64,000 nt of DNA, from positions 7,130,001 to 7,194,000 of the forward strand of contig OX597830.1 in NCBI GenBank assembly GCA_951406725.2. The letters run 5' to 3'. The position numbers and the translations under genes were made by a program. How positions within the stretch are numbered: the stretch's first letter is position 1; every line of letters begins with the position of its first letter. Shown here piece by piece: positions 15,447 to 29,268 of this stretch. A model generated the notes under the pieces. It was not told where the DNA came from and ran no database searches. It saw only the letters and a program-made list of their open reading frames with translations. This DNA is from Octopus vulgaris. Taxonomy: Eukaryota.

Positions 15447-15478
<32 letters not shown>

Positions 15479-15627
15479 GTCTCTGTGTGTGTCAGGGAGT
15501 GGGGTGGGTTGAAATAGGACTATCAATAGCCAAGCGGCAAGAGGGAGATAGAAACATTGTCCTACCCAGCAGTCCCCTCAAGTACACGCACGTCAGCCGA
15601 GGTGATAGATAGCATGGATGAGTGTGC

Positions 15628-15668
<41 letters not shown>

Positions 15669-15673
15669 AATAC

Positions 15674-15771
<98 letters not shown>

Positions 15772-16144
15772 ATGTATGCATATATATCATTATATATGTG
15801 TGTGTGCTTGTGTGTGTGTGTGAGCTGGTGTTGGGTGGGTGGGTGGGGGTGAAGGGCAAGAGAGTGGTATATACAGTTGATTCATGGGTATATAGTCATA
15901 TACACGTATGTATACGTGGTTCTGCTGTGAGAGAAAGAAAGTGACCGGTGAAACCCATTGTACAGCTAAATAAATGGCTCCTGGCCTGTTCAGATAGTAA
16001 TCGACATACATTAATACATACACATACATATCTATATACACATAGATACTGATATAAACACACGCACACACACACACATATATACGGATGAATAAATATA
16101 CAGTTAAATAATGTATATGTTCATATGAACACACAAACACATAT

Positions 16145-16306
16145 GATGGGCTTCTTTCAGTTTCCGTCTACGAAATCCACTCACAAGGCTTTGGTCGGCC
16201 CGAGGCTATAGTAGAAGACACTTGCCCAAGGTGCCACGCAGGGGGATTGAACCCGGACACATGTGGTTGGTAAGCAAGATACTTACCACACAGCCACTCC
16301 TGTGCC
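16145..16306 (-). mobile_element. SINE family A, 5' half
   Basis: Reverse complement of the head and core (GGCACAGGAGTGGCTGTGTGGTAAG...GGAAACTGAAAGAAGCCC). Confidence 0.9.
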
Positions 16307-16653
16307 TATGAACAAATATATATATTTTTACACACACATATATATACATATATATTTACATACACATATATAGGCAAGCAAACACACTTACTTAGATACA
16401 ACCGCACGCACACATGCTATATAATTTCGTACTAATAGAGTGTAAAATATATACAACATATGCATATTTTACGTGTGTGCGTGTGTGTGTGTGTAGTTGT
16501 GCGTATGTGTATTAATATCAGGTGTGTTCCAATCCGGCATTAACGAACCACTCAATTATTCTAATATTAAGAATTACTATTTTTTCAGACGGCAGGGGAG
16601 AATTTGAGGGAGATCTGACCCCGGGATTTCTGATTACTTCACTTAACACGTGT

Positions 16654-16750
<97 letters not shown>

Positions 16751-17289
16751 CGATCGATCTCCCCCTTTCTCTCTCTCTGTCAGTCTCTCTTTCGTGTATG
16801 TGTGTGTGTTTTTTTGTGTCTGTAAGCTTATGAGACCCGTTTCTATAAAGATACCTCTCAGGGGTATCAGAAAACCCGTTTCAGGCCTTTCAATGCAGGT
16901 CTTGTGAATATAGTTTAACTTTTACCGACGGTACTCAATGGCACATTCTCAATGTGGTTGCTGTACATGCTAGATATAATTGCTAAATATCGCTCAAACC
17001 ATTAACTACTGTGAAGACATTCTTGCTCTCTGAGTAAGGAAGAGTAAACGATGGAATGTTCACATTTGGAATGTCTCCTGTAATCATCCACAAAGGGCAG
17101 ATAAACAGAATGAGTGGTTAGAAGATATAAAACAAGAAGAATAAGACATGAAGGGCGGCGCTCTCAGTTCTGCCAACCATGAAACCGTTGCCTTTTATTT
17201 CTTTGTGATAATACGTATCGCAACGAGTGTGACAAGTGTCATAAGATATATGAGAGAAACGATTGTAATTCAGATCTGACCGCTAACTC

Positions 17290-17460
17290 GAAATGTTTCC
17301 TCATTTTCTCCCTGTTTATTTCATCGTGTTCTTTTCTGTTGAAGAGCGTAGGCTCGAAATGTAAAAGACTTTCTCACCTTCTCGAGCGTCAAACTAATAC
17401 ACCTGCTTGTTGTTTATACACCTGTCTTCATCCTTTGTTTTTCTGTAAATTTCAACTATA
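17290..17460 (+). mobile_element. Penelope-like terminal-repeat remnant with minimal hammerhead-like motif
   Basis: TCTTTT-CTGTTGA-A-GAGC-GTAG-GCTC-GAAA-TGTA-AAAGA at 17330-17368. The downstream block recurs at 43964-44028 and 22527-22600, and each copy ends in a TA-rich run. Confidence 0.5.
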
Positions 17461-17535
<75 letters not shown>

Positions 17536-17734
17536 ATGTGTGTATACATACATCGCATATATGTATATATATACATATATTTGTTTTTATGCTTCGTTAT
17601 AATTTTTTACAATTTGACATTCATCTACTTTTTGTAGAATACAAATTTATTATCCTTCAATAAGAATAGTATTGATAGGGACTTTGAAGTTACGGCCAAT
17701 AATCCATCATGTGTGTGTGCGCGCGCTTTTTGTT

Positions 17735-17774
<40 letters not shown>

Positions 17775-18149
17775 CCCGCGCATGTGTACCAGTTTCATTG
17801 AAAAGAGTTCAGAGTGAAACAGGTTCGTTGGTACTGTTGATGTTGTTTTTGCCTCCTCAACACCCTGCCGTAACCAACGCGTCCTATATTCACCAAGATG
17901 TCAGCCCATTTTTAAAGGATTGGGATATGAGAGAAGATTTGACTGTTACTTTTAGCAGGTGCAGATGTCAGGTAAAGAGATAAGATATCCATCGATAGAT
18001 TTAGCAAATATCTAAACAAGCCCTTGATGAAAAGACTTATGAACAATGGCCCTCCATCCGTGCCAGCAATATAGAGCCGAAAATCTGGTAGTAAGGAGAT
18101 TAGAACATAGAACGGCTGTCTCAATTTAGGAGTCATGTACTGTCATATA

Positions 18150-18385
18150 GAGTCATAAGGCTTGTTTTCCAGTTTTCGGTGGCGTATATATCTCACCCCC
18201 ACCCCCACCCACTGGACAGAAGATTGGTCTGTCACGCGGTTACTCATATTTGCCAGCCGAAGGGACGAGAGCAGCTTGAAATGAGGTCCCTTGCTCAAGA
18301 ACAAAACCCATCCCCCGCTCCACGAATCGAAACCTCAAACTTACGATCATGAGTCCACCACCCTAATCACGAAGCTCCGCACCTC
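18150..18385 (-). mobile_element. tRNA-derived SINE family C
   Basis: Reverse complement GGACTCATGATCGTAAG..GGTTTCGATTC..GTTCTTGAGCAAG..CATTTCA..GCTGGCAAA, shared with 50965-51380. Confidence 0.7.
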
Positions 18386-19052
18386 CTATCTCACTTTAGA
18401 GCGTAAGGTATCAAATGAAGGAATTCAGCAACCATGTCTAGCAAATAAGTCGACCACCTAGAGTATCTCGCTCCGGGTGGCCCTTCCTTAAGTTATATAT
18501 ATTCATTATTATAATAAATACATTAAATCCGACCGAGACAGTGACAGAAACCAACCGAGAGTAGCGTGCATTTAAATATATAACATAAACGTATTGAAGA
18601 AATGTTAGGACGGTGTCACGCAGAAAAGAAATAAGATGATGTATGAAATTATATATGTACATATATATATACGTATATACATATAAATATATATACGCAC
18701 AACTGTATACACATATTGATGGCGTCATAGGGGTTACATAAATTTCAAGAGAAAGTGAAATAATATTTTTTATTTATGAATTGTATATCAGGAATTAAAC
18801 GTATGCAGCTATAAAGCTTTACGGGGTTTCATGTAAATTTTGGATTGAAAATTCCTGTTGGATAGCAATGATCGAAGAGTGCCCGTTGCACGCAGAACAA
18901 CATCCTGTATGTGGGTGCGCGTGTATGTATGTATGTATGTGTGTGACTATGTAACTATATGTGTGTGTGTGTACGTATAAATATATACATATATATATTG
19001 TTAAACACTCACACACGCTGACACACACACACACACACACTCACACACTCTG

Positions 19053-19084
<32 letters not shown>

Positions 19085-19189
19085 ACACACATATATATAT
19101 ATATGTATATACATTTATTCTTTAATTCTTTCATAAGTCCGAGCACTAAGTTTCTGGCCATGCTGGGAGACGACATATATATATATATC

Positions 19190-19274
19190 TTGGGCAAGTG
19201 TCTTCTGCTATAGTCCCGGGCCGACCAATGCCTTGTGAGTGGATTTGGTAGACGGAAACTGAAAGAAGCCTGTC

Positions 19275-19342
<68 letters not shown>

Positions 19343-19547
19343 TTGTGTGCCTGTGTTTGTCCTCCTAGCATTGCTTGACAACCGATGCTGGTGAGTTTAC
19401 GTCCACGTCACTTAGCGGTTCGGCAAAAGAGACCGATAGAATAAGTACTGGGCTTACAAAGAATAAGTCCCGGGGTCGATTTGCTCGACTAAAGGCGGTG
19501 CTCCAGCATTGCCGCAGTCAAATGACTGAAACAAGTAAAAGAGTAAA
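19190..19547 (+). mobile_element. SINE family A (head missing)
   Basis: TTGGGCAAGTGTCTTCTGCTATAG...GAAAGAAGCCTGTCG-(TA)n-(TG)...CAAATGACTGAAACAAGTAAAAGAG. Confidence 0.9.
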
Positions 19548-19549
19548 GA

Positions 19550-19602
<53 letters not shown>

Positions 19603-19655
19603 CATGCAAACATACATACAGACACACACACAGAGGCAAACATACGATTAGATAA

Positions 19656-19752
<97 letters not shown>

Positions 19753-19907
19753 CAGACATAGATAATCAAAAGTTCTCTGAGAGGCGCTAACGCTGCGATG
19801 TCCTCTAAATATACATACATTCATGTGTGTATATAACATATAACTGTGTGTGTATAAAGCCAGCCTATATACATATACATATATATATATATGTACAAAT
19901 ATATATA

Positions 19908-19940
<33 letters not shown>

Positions 19941-19949
19941 ATGTATATG

Positions 19950-20014
<65 letters not shown>

Positions 20015-20207
20015 CATGCATATACACACCTATGTGCAGATAGCTGCAAAACAAGATGAGGAAGCTAGCAATCGAACATCGAAGATAAAGTATTATATGC
20101 AACGATTTGTGGGAGCAGAAAATATTTCACAAACCGTTACTCAGAGTTTCATGAAACTGATCATCACTAGACAACCGTGTGCACTTAGACCAATACTATA
20201 AGCGTGC

Positions 20208-20238
<31 letters not shown>

Positions 20239-20425
20239 CTTGTGGGTGTATGTGCGTTTGTATTGTATGTGTGTATGCGCGTGTGCGTGTGTGCATGTAT
20301 ATATATGTACATAAATATATTTATATGTGTATATATGTGTGTGTCTGTATACGTATATATATGTATTTATGCATGTATTAATATATATAAATGTTATATA
20401 TATATATATATATAATGTATGTATA

Positions 20426-20466
<41 letters not shown>

Positions 20467-20565
20467 TATATATATATATATATATATATGATATATATAT
20501 GCATATCAATATGATATATATATATGTCATATTCTAATATATAAATGTGTTGTATGTTTTATATA

Positions 20566-20640
<75 letters not shown>

Positions 20641-21820
20641 TATTATATATATATATATATATATATATACATCCACTAATTTTTTCAGATCTCCACATTT
20701 ATTGACAAATGCAAGGATATCCACTGATCTCACTAATTATGACTGTTTACCTAATTATAATTATCTATATATACAGAAACGTAATATGTACTTTTGTATA
20801 TATATATATATATATATGCATGCATTCATAGTTATCTGCGTGTGTGTGTATGTGTGTGTGAATATCGCTGAGTGTGTATCTTTAAATAAACAAAAGCACA
20901 TGAACCTATAAATCCATGTATGTATGTATGTATGTATGTATGTATGTATGTATGCCTGTTTATATGTGTGTATGTGTGCGAGTGTGTGTAGAAGTGTAGA
21001 TCAGTAGCTAAATTCTACGGATTTTAGATAAATATGTGTAAGGTATCGAGAGGAGACATGCTACACTGACATACACACTCACACACACACACACACACAC
21101 ACACACAACACACACACATACACAAACACACACACACATATACATATGCATAGATATACATTGATGCATATATATATATATATATACCAATGCACTAATC
21201 ATCACCCTATATATCTACAAACACACACACACAGAGAGAAAAAGGGAAAGTAAGAAATAGAAGTTTTTGTATAAATGCCTTACCCACTCACCCCCCACCC
21301 CACCCCCTATCCCAGCCGATAAAGAAATATAAAACAACACAAAATCTTGATTAATTAAATTAAATGCTTTTACACACAATTGGCGAACTTTGAATATAGC
21401 AATTGTTAGTAGAACGGAACTCCCTATTCAGTTCTACAATGGGCCCCTGCTCACTTCCCAGTCACTTGCACCCTTAATCACACACTCAGACGGGAGCAGC
21501 CGGTTACTAGATTATGTGACATACCTAGATCTCTGATTGGCAGTTACAAGTCGCCTTTCATTACTATTGGTATATTGCTAGTGGCTGAATATACCGCAGA
21601 AGATTGTATTGTTAATATATGTTCTCAGGCATAGTCTTTCTTACTGTGATGCGACAGCTCAGAGTCTTTGTGTAACAAATATATTGTTTTCTGTGGGAAT
21701 TTGAAAGAATGGGTTTTCGGTATGGGTGTGTGAGTGTGTGAGTGTGTGTAAAATATACATACACATATATATGTACGTATAAATGATTAATGAAGGAAAG
21801 GATATAATATGTATGTATGT

Positions 21821-21892
<72 letters not shown>

Positions 21893-21937
21893 ATGTTTAT
21901 ATATATATCCATATATATATACATATATATATACGCA

Positions 21938-22008
<71 letters not shown>

Positions 22009-22117
22009 GTCTGTCTGTGTGTTTATATATATAAATATATAATATAAATAATATATATGCATATATACATATGTATATGTACATGAATCTATACGTATAT
22101 ATATATATCTATATACC

Positions 22118-22163
<46 letters not shown>

Positions 22164-22392
22164 TATATGGGGCACAGGACGCCGCGAAACGTGTACAACA
22201 AAAATATAGGAAGTACGAGTACATGGAATATGAATATTTTTTGAACAACGAAAGACACAAATGCAAAACAAGACAAACAACATAAAGAACGACCCTTCAT
22301 CTGTTGTTTCTACCCCCGTATATATGCATAAAAATTGTGCAATCCAGCCGTGACAATCCCTTCCTTTTATATATACGCATACTTGCATACAA

Positions 22393-22524
<132 letters not shown>

Positions 22525-22598
22525 CCTGAGCGCCTAATAACACTTTAATTGTTCCACCTCCTTGCGTTGTTGTCTTTTTTGTTTTCTTGTTTGGATTA

Positions 22599-22771
<173 letters not shown>

Positions 22772-22834
22772 ATATATATATATATACGTACATAGAGTCG
22801 ACCGGCTGACAGGATTTTTCAGCGTGTCGGACCA

Positions 22835-23000
22835 GTAATTCGCGGTACTTCTTTGGACTCATTACGCTCTTAGTTCGAATTTCGCCGGCGTCGCATTTGC
22901 CTTTCACCCTCTCGGGGTTCGATAAAATTTGCACACGTACGCGACGCGGTAATCGACTTTTCCCCGCTTCAAAATCTCTAACCTTATGCGAAAATTTGAA
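22835..23000 (+). mobile_element. Diverged SINE family B
   Basis: AGTTCGAATTTCGCCGGCGTCGCATTTGCCTTTCACCCTCTCGGGGTTCGATAAAA...GTAATCGACT. Confidence 0.65.
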
Positions 23001-23149
23001 CCCATACACGAACATGCGTGTATATGTATGTGCGAACGTATATTTGTGTGAGCATGTATGTATACGTACATATATATATACATGTGGTGGTGGTGGGGGT
23101 TGTGTGTATGTGTATGTATTCTCGTTTTTTTTTTTCTGTTTTTTTTTTC

Positions 23150-23750
23150 TTGCACCGAAGAACCTTTTCTCATCAAGGTTTGCCACGGTACCCAGATTCA
23201 CAAATTTCTCTAAACATTGTCTGAATAGTTGTTGTACCCTAAGGTTTATCAGTCCAACATATACAGCGTCAACTGAATCACTTTTTAAATAACGGATCTC
23301 CACCAGCTTCGACGATGAGTATTGTTCAGTTATTCCAACAACTGAGCTTAATAAATTAGCGTAATTGAGAGACTACCCAACAGAGATCCGTACCCTTGAC
23401 GAAGTTCGAATGCTGAATCAGCAGCAGATATTAGGTAACTAACAACGACCTTTAAACTCCAAATGCAACCCGGCCGATCGTAATTAACAAACCTTCGGTA
23501 ACCCATATTCGATCAGAATTAAGAAATCTTGGATCATGATAGTGTCAAAAGATCAGGGTACATTAATAGGCGTCCTTCACATTTAAGGGAGACCTTCTCT
23601 ATACGTTAACAAAAGATTTGGGTGTTTGCTGGTCTCAGCAAATGAGGATTACTAAATGTGGTTTTAGGTAAGTTGAGGAAAGGCCAACAGGTTATGTCAA
23701 GACGTTGCTGCAGAATCTTCAACAATCGTGTAAGCTTCTACCCAGATTTA
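23150..23750 (-). mobile_element. Decayed LINE reverse-transcriptase fragment
   Basis: Interrupted minus-strand motifs LKILQQRL, FDTI, EYGLPK, ELRQG and [10 protein letters not shown], colinear with non-LTR RT motifs (AFD, YG.P, G.RQG, EKFVYLGS). Confidence 0.45.
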
Positions 23751-24059
23751 GATAACACAATTATATACACGAACGCGCACATTCTCGCGCTCTCTCAAAT
23801 ATAAACGTACTCTTATGTTCATCACTGCCACCTTGGGTATTTTTAAAGTGAGTAAATTGTGGTTTAGAGCGATAGCTCTGCACATAGCAAGTGGTTTTTC
23901 AATACCCTTCTATATTTTATTCATATTTTGCCTATAAATGTTTAAACTTGCTAGGTACCCTATTATTAACATTATTATTAATATTATTACTGATAGTTAT
24001 GTTTAAATTTATATGTGTGTATACGCGCGCGCGTCTGTGTGTGTATATGTATATATATG

Positions 24060-24112
<53 letters not shown>

Positions 24113-24113
24113 G

Positions 24114-24152
<39 letters not shown>

Positions 24153-24456
24153 AAGTGTATGCATGCATGTATTATATATAGCATATATATATATATATAC
24201 ATAAATATATATGTGTGTGTGTGTGTATGTAGGTATATTATTTTTATATTATTCTTTAGCATAACACATTATAATATATCATAACGTGGAATACAACATT
24301 TTGCATTGTATTATATTACATATGTATACGCTCATACTCGTTAGAAAAACACTAATATCAACAGGCAAACGTGCAAAAACATACACACTTACAAAAAGAC
24401 ACTGGAGAGATAGATAGATAGGTAGACAAACAGACAGATAGATAGGTACTTAGATA

Positions 24457-24492
<36 letters not shown>

Positions 24493-25004
24493 TATATATT
24501 TATATGTATATATATATAAATGGATAGATAGATACATACATACAGACAGACATACACACATTCATACATTCATAAGCACATATACACACATACATACATA
24601 CATAATTACATACATATATACATATATACATACATACGTTCATACGTACATACACTGCCTTCTTCACTAGGATTAACACTCACACACGACCAAAAGCGTT
24701 TCCTTGATGCTCGTTCGTAAGAGAATCTGATATAAAGTACAGAATGAAGTGCTTAAAAGCAAAAACTACAACATGTTACGCTTGTTTTAGCGGTAAAATT
24801 GGGTAAGAAGATTCCCAATTACGTTTTGTGTCAAATTGAGACAATCATAATCAGAAAGAGATAAGAACGTTCTTCCCTTCTCAAACCCTGCCCATGATTC
24901 ACATTCTTACACGCACGTACTAGATAGAAGAATATATCTATATACGCATATTGGTATGTGAGGAAATGTATATATACACACACACACACACACACACTCA
25001 CACA

Positions 25005-25046
<42 letters not shown>

Positions 25047-25135
25047 TATATGCATAAATGTACTAAGTAGAGTATTTTGGGCAATCACGCATAATTAGTA
25101 TATATGTTTCTTAATATATCACATATATATAAATA

Positions 25136-25166
<31 letters not shown>

Positions 25167-25254
25167 TACATATATCTACATATACATACACGCACCGGCA
25201 CACGCACACACATGTATATATACTCTGACTTGTAACATCATATGTATGTGTGTA

Positions 25255-25313
<59 letters not shown>

Positions 25314-25390
25314 TATTAAGGTGGCCATAGCAAACTTACAATACGCAATCTGCTGGTGCTGACTAGCACCCTCAATCACTTTAGTGCTGA

Positions 25391-25442
<52 letters not shown>

Positions 25443-25656
25443 GCTTATGTATGTAAATATATATATATATATATATATACATGTGTGTGTGTATATATAT
25501 GTATATCAATATATATATATGTCTGTATGTATGTATTACATATATACATCCTGAACTTAAGACGATAAAGAGAATATATACGTATAGATACATTTATATA
25601 TAAATATATATATATAGATATATATAGATAGATAGATAGATTGATACATACACAAT

Positions 25657-25724
<68 letters not shown>

Positions 25725-25992
25725 CATATGTATGTATGTATGTATATGTTACATATATGTGTGGATTAAGATATTCATAAATGAATTAATTATGTTAGGA
25801 CATATGTATGACGGCCTCTGGTAATTGCCCTTAAATTTCTGACATGCCATTAATATATTTTACTGAAAAAGTGATACAACGAACTTCAGAGCAACAAAGA
25901 ATGGTGCCTCTTCAGCGTATTTCTATCAATAGTATTTTGACATCTTATTTCATAGATTTGTATTTATACATACATACATACATATATATATG

Positions 25993-26040
<48 letters not shown>

Positions 26041-26227
26041 ATGTCTGTGTGCGCGTGTATTCATATATATATATATACGTATATACATATTTATATATAT
26101 ATATACAAACATATTTGCGTATATTCGCACGCATATATATATATAACTATAAATAAAAAAAAATATATATATATACATATATATACATGTATATATATAT
26201 ATGTGTATATATATACACATATATATA

Positions 26228-26274
<47 letters not shown>

Positions 26275-26769
26275 ATATATAAATATATATATACACACAC
26301 CTATGCGTATACGTATTGCCATATTTGTGTTGGTTGGGAGTGTTTGCATATAGGTGCTTTTGTGTGTGTGTGTGTGTGTGTGTGTTCGTGTAAGCGCGCG
26401 CGCTTGGTATTAGTAATATGTATGAATGTATAGGATTACCTGCGATGAGTTTTTTCAGTTTCTTGTCACGCTGTCTTTTATTTTTTTGTATACCTCCATA
26501 TGAATATGTATATATATATATATATATTTACACGAATATGTATGTATACGTGTATATTTGCATATATACACACATGCACCTACACGTAGATTCAGTCAGA
26601 CATACACACCTATACATACTCACAAGTAAATACTGAACATTATATAAAGAAATATATATATATACATATACTTATACTATTGTTAATGCGTGTACGTGTG
26701 CTTGTGCCTATATGCACATTAATTAATCTACTGAATTATCTTGCCTATCTACATATTTCAATAAGTGTA

Positions 26770-26815
<46 letters not shown>

Positions 26816-26872
26816 GAAACACATATACATACATACGGACATGCCTGCATACATACCGAATCTTGGAATTGT

Positions 26873-26931
<59 letters not shown>

Positions 26932-27118
26932 ATACATATATGCATACATGTATAAAAATACATATATATATTTATATACATGTATATACATATATGCATA
27001 TATGTATATACATATATATATGTATATATATAAATTTTTATATTCATATATATATGTTTATATTAATGAAGACATATTTATTCAAAATATGCTATATATA
27101 TATATATGTATATAGATA

Positions 27119-27159
<41 letters not shown>

Positions 27160-27160
27160 G

Positions 27161-27194
<34 letters not shown>

Positions 27195-27450
27195 CATATA
27201 CGTGTGTGTGTTTGTGTGCATCTATGTACGTATGTATGTATATAATGTGTGTGTATCTGTACGTCTCCATGTGTATAGAAACTCATGTGCATGAATATAG
27301 CCATTGTTGCCTCGAATCAGTAATATATTTTTAGAATTGACCTTACTCTACCAGCATTTCTAAAGAACAGAGAGCACGAATCCCTCAAAATCTTACGCAA
27401 ATGAATAATTAACATAATTGTGTACGTATGTATTGCTATATATATATACA

Positions 27451-27495
<45 letters not shown>

Positions 27496-27729
27496 CTATG
27501 TATATTACAGAATGAATTTGTGAATGAATAATTATAACCTGTTCCAATTTTGTTAAAATTTGCTGTTATACTCGTGTGGTACAACGTTATGCATGAAAAT
27601 CAGGGTTAAAACGTTGCTAGATCTTTCACTTACGTCTGTATACGTAGGGACGAAGAATGTGTGAGAACGCAGTCGTATGGCGATTATATCTGATTTGGAA
27701 ATATAGTGGTCACTTTTATACTTTTGTAG

Positions 27730-27825
27730 GCTCGAGACTATGGAAGAAGGTGCCACATAGTGGAACTGAACCCGGAGCCATGTGGTTGGGAAGCAAGTTT
27801 CTTACCACAGTCACACTGCACCTAC
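27730..27825 (-). mobile_element. SINE family A head fragment
   Basis: AAGGTGCCACATAGTGGAACTGAACCCGGAGCCATGTGGTTGGGAAGCAAGTTTCTTACCACAG is the reverse complement of the head. Confidence 0.8.
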
Positions 27826-27985
27826 GCATATATATATATATATATATATATTTCAACAATTGAGGGTAAAATTAATTAATTAATCAATTTCACCAAGTAT
27901 TCAGTATGCAAAGGGACCATTTAAGGCGAATTCAAATTATTACATTATATAATGTATGCGGCAAAGTAATTTATTTTACTAAGCC

Positions 27986-28057
<72 letters not shown>

Positions 28058-28233
28058 GAGAGAGAGAGATAGATATACGTATATATTGTAACTATGATTG
28101 TCCTACTAGTAAAATTTGGTCTCCAGTATAAATTTACTTTTCCGTAAATGTAAATATTTTTCATCAATAAAATTACGCTTGTCCTTTAAAATGGCTCAGA
28201 CACACACATATATACACTCATTCACACACTAAC

Positions 28234-28286
<53 letters not shown>

Positions 28287-28334
28287 TATATGTATGTATA
28301 TATATGTATATATATATATACATATATATATGTA

Positions 28335-28387
<53 letters not shown>

Positions 28388-28661
28388 ATATATATATATA
28401 CATATATATCTATATACAAATATATATAGGGGTTATGAGAGGTAGTGGTGTCACTGAGACCCAAAGGTGTCAGATAATGCTAAGTAAGTGCTATGGATGG
28501 ACCATAGCTAAGTTCCAGGTTCGGTGATTATGCGAAGAAGGAGTTTAACTTAGGTCATATATCAGCGTGTCTATATATAAAAAAAACTTTTTCAGAATGA
28601 GATAAAAAAAAACCAGGCCTTGGTTCTGTAAAAAAAGATTTTTCATATATATATATATATG

Positions 28662-28709
<48 letters not shown>

Positions 28710-29218
28710 AACACACACTTATATGCGTAAGTATTTATGTTTTTATATAGTTTTACATGACCGATCGATCGATCGATTGATAGATGGATAGATATGATTT
28801 GACCCGTTATATACCTTAAATTTGCGATTTGATATTTAAATCACGCTCAACATATAATGCATTGAAATATATCGAGAGGTAAATAATTTAGTGCGCGGCT
28901 CCAGCTCGGCCGTAGTCACATGAATTTTCCCAGTCAAATAAAAATATATCAGAATACAAAAATACTAAAACACACACATGCGCACACACGCACACACACA
29001 TACATACATATACACACACACGTACGCACATACACATTCGCACACACGCATATGCATACACACACATACATATACACGCGCACACACATACACACTCACA
29101 CACACGCACACATACACACGCAAACAGAATGATATAAATATTTTAGCAGAAATATGTGTACTATACATTACATCTAGATATGCATTTTAAGAATGATATG
29201 GGTATATAAGTGTGTATT

Positions 29219-29268
<50 letters not shown>

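Noticed and set aside
21409-21436. Small hairpin TAGAACGGAA/TTCAGTTCTA as a pre-miRNA
   Set aside because: Stem of only ~10 bp, too short.
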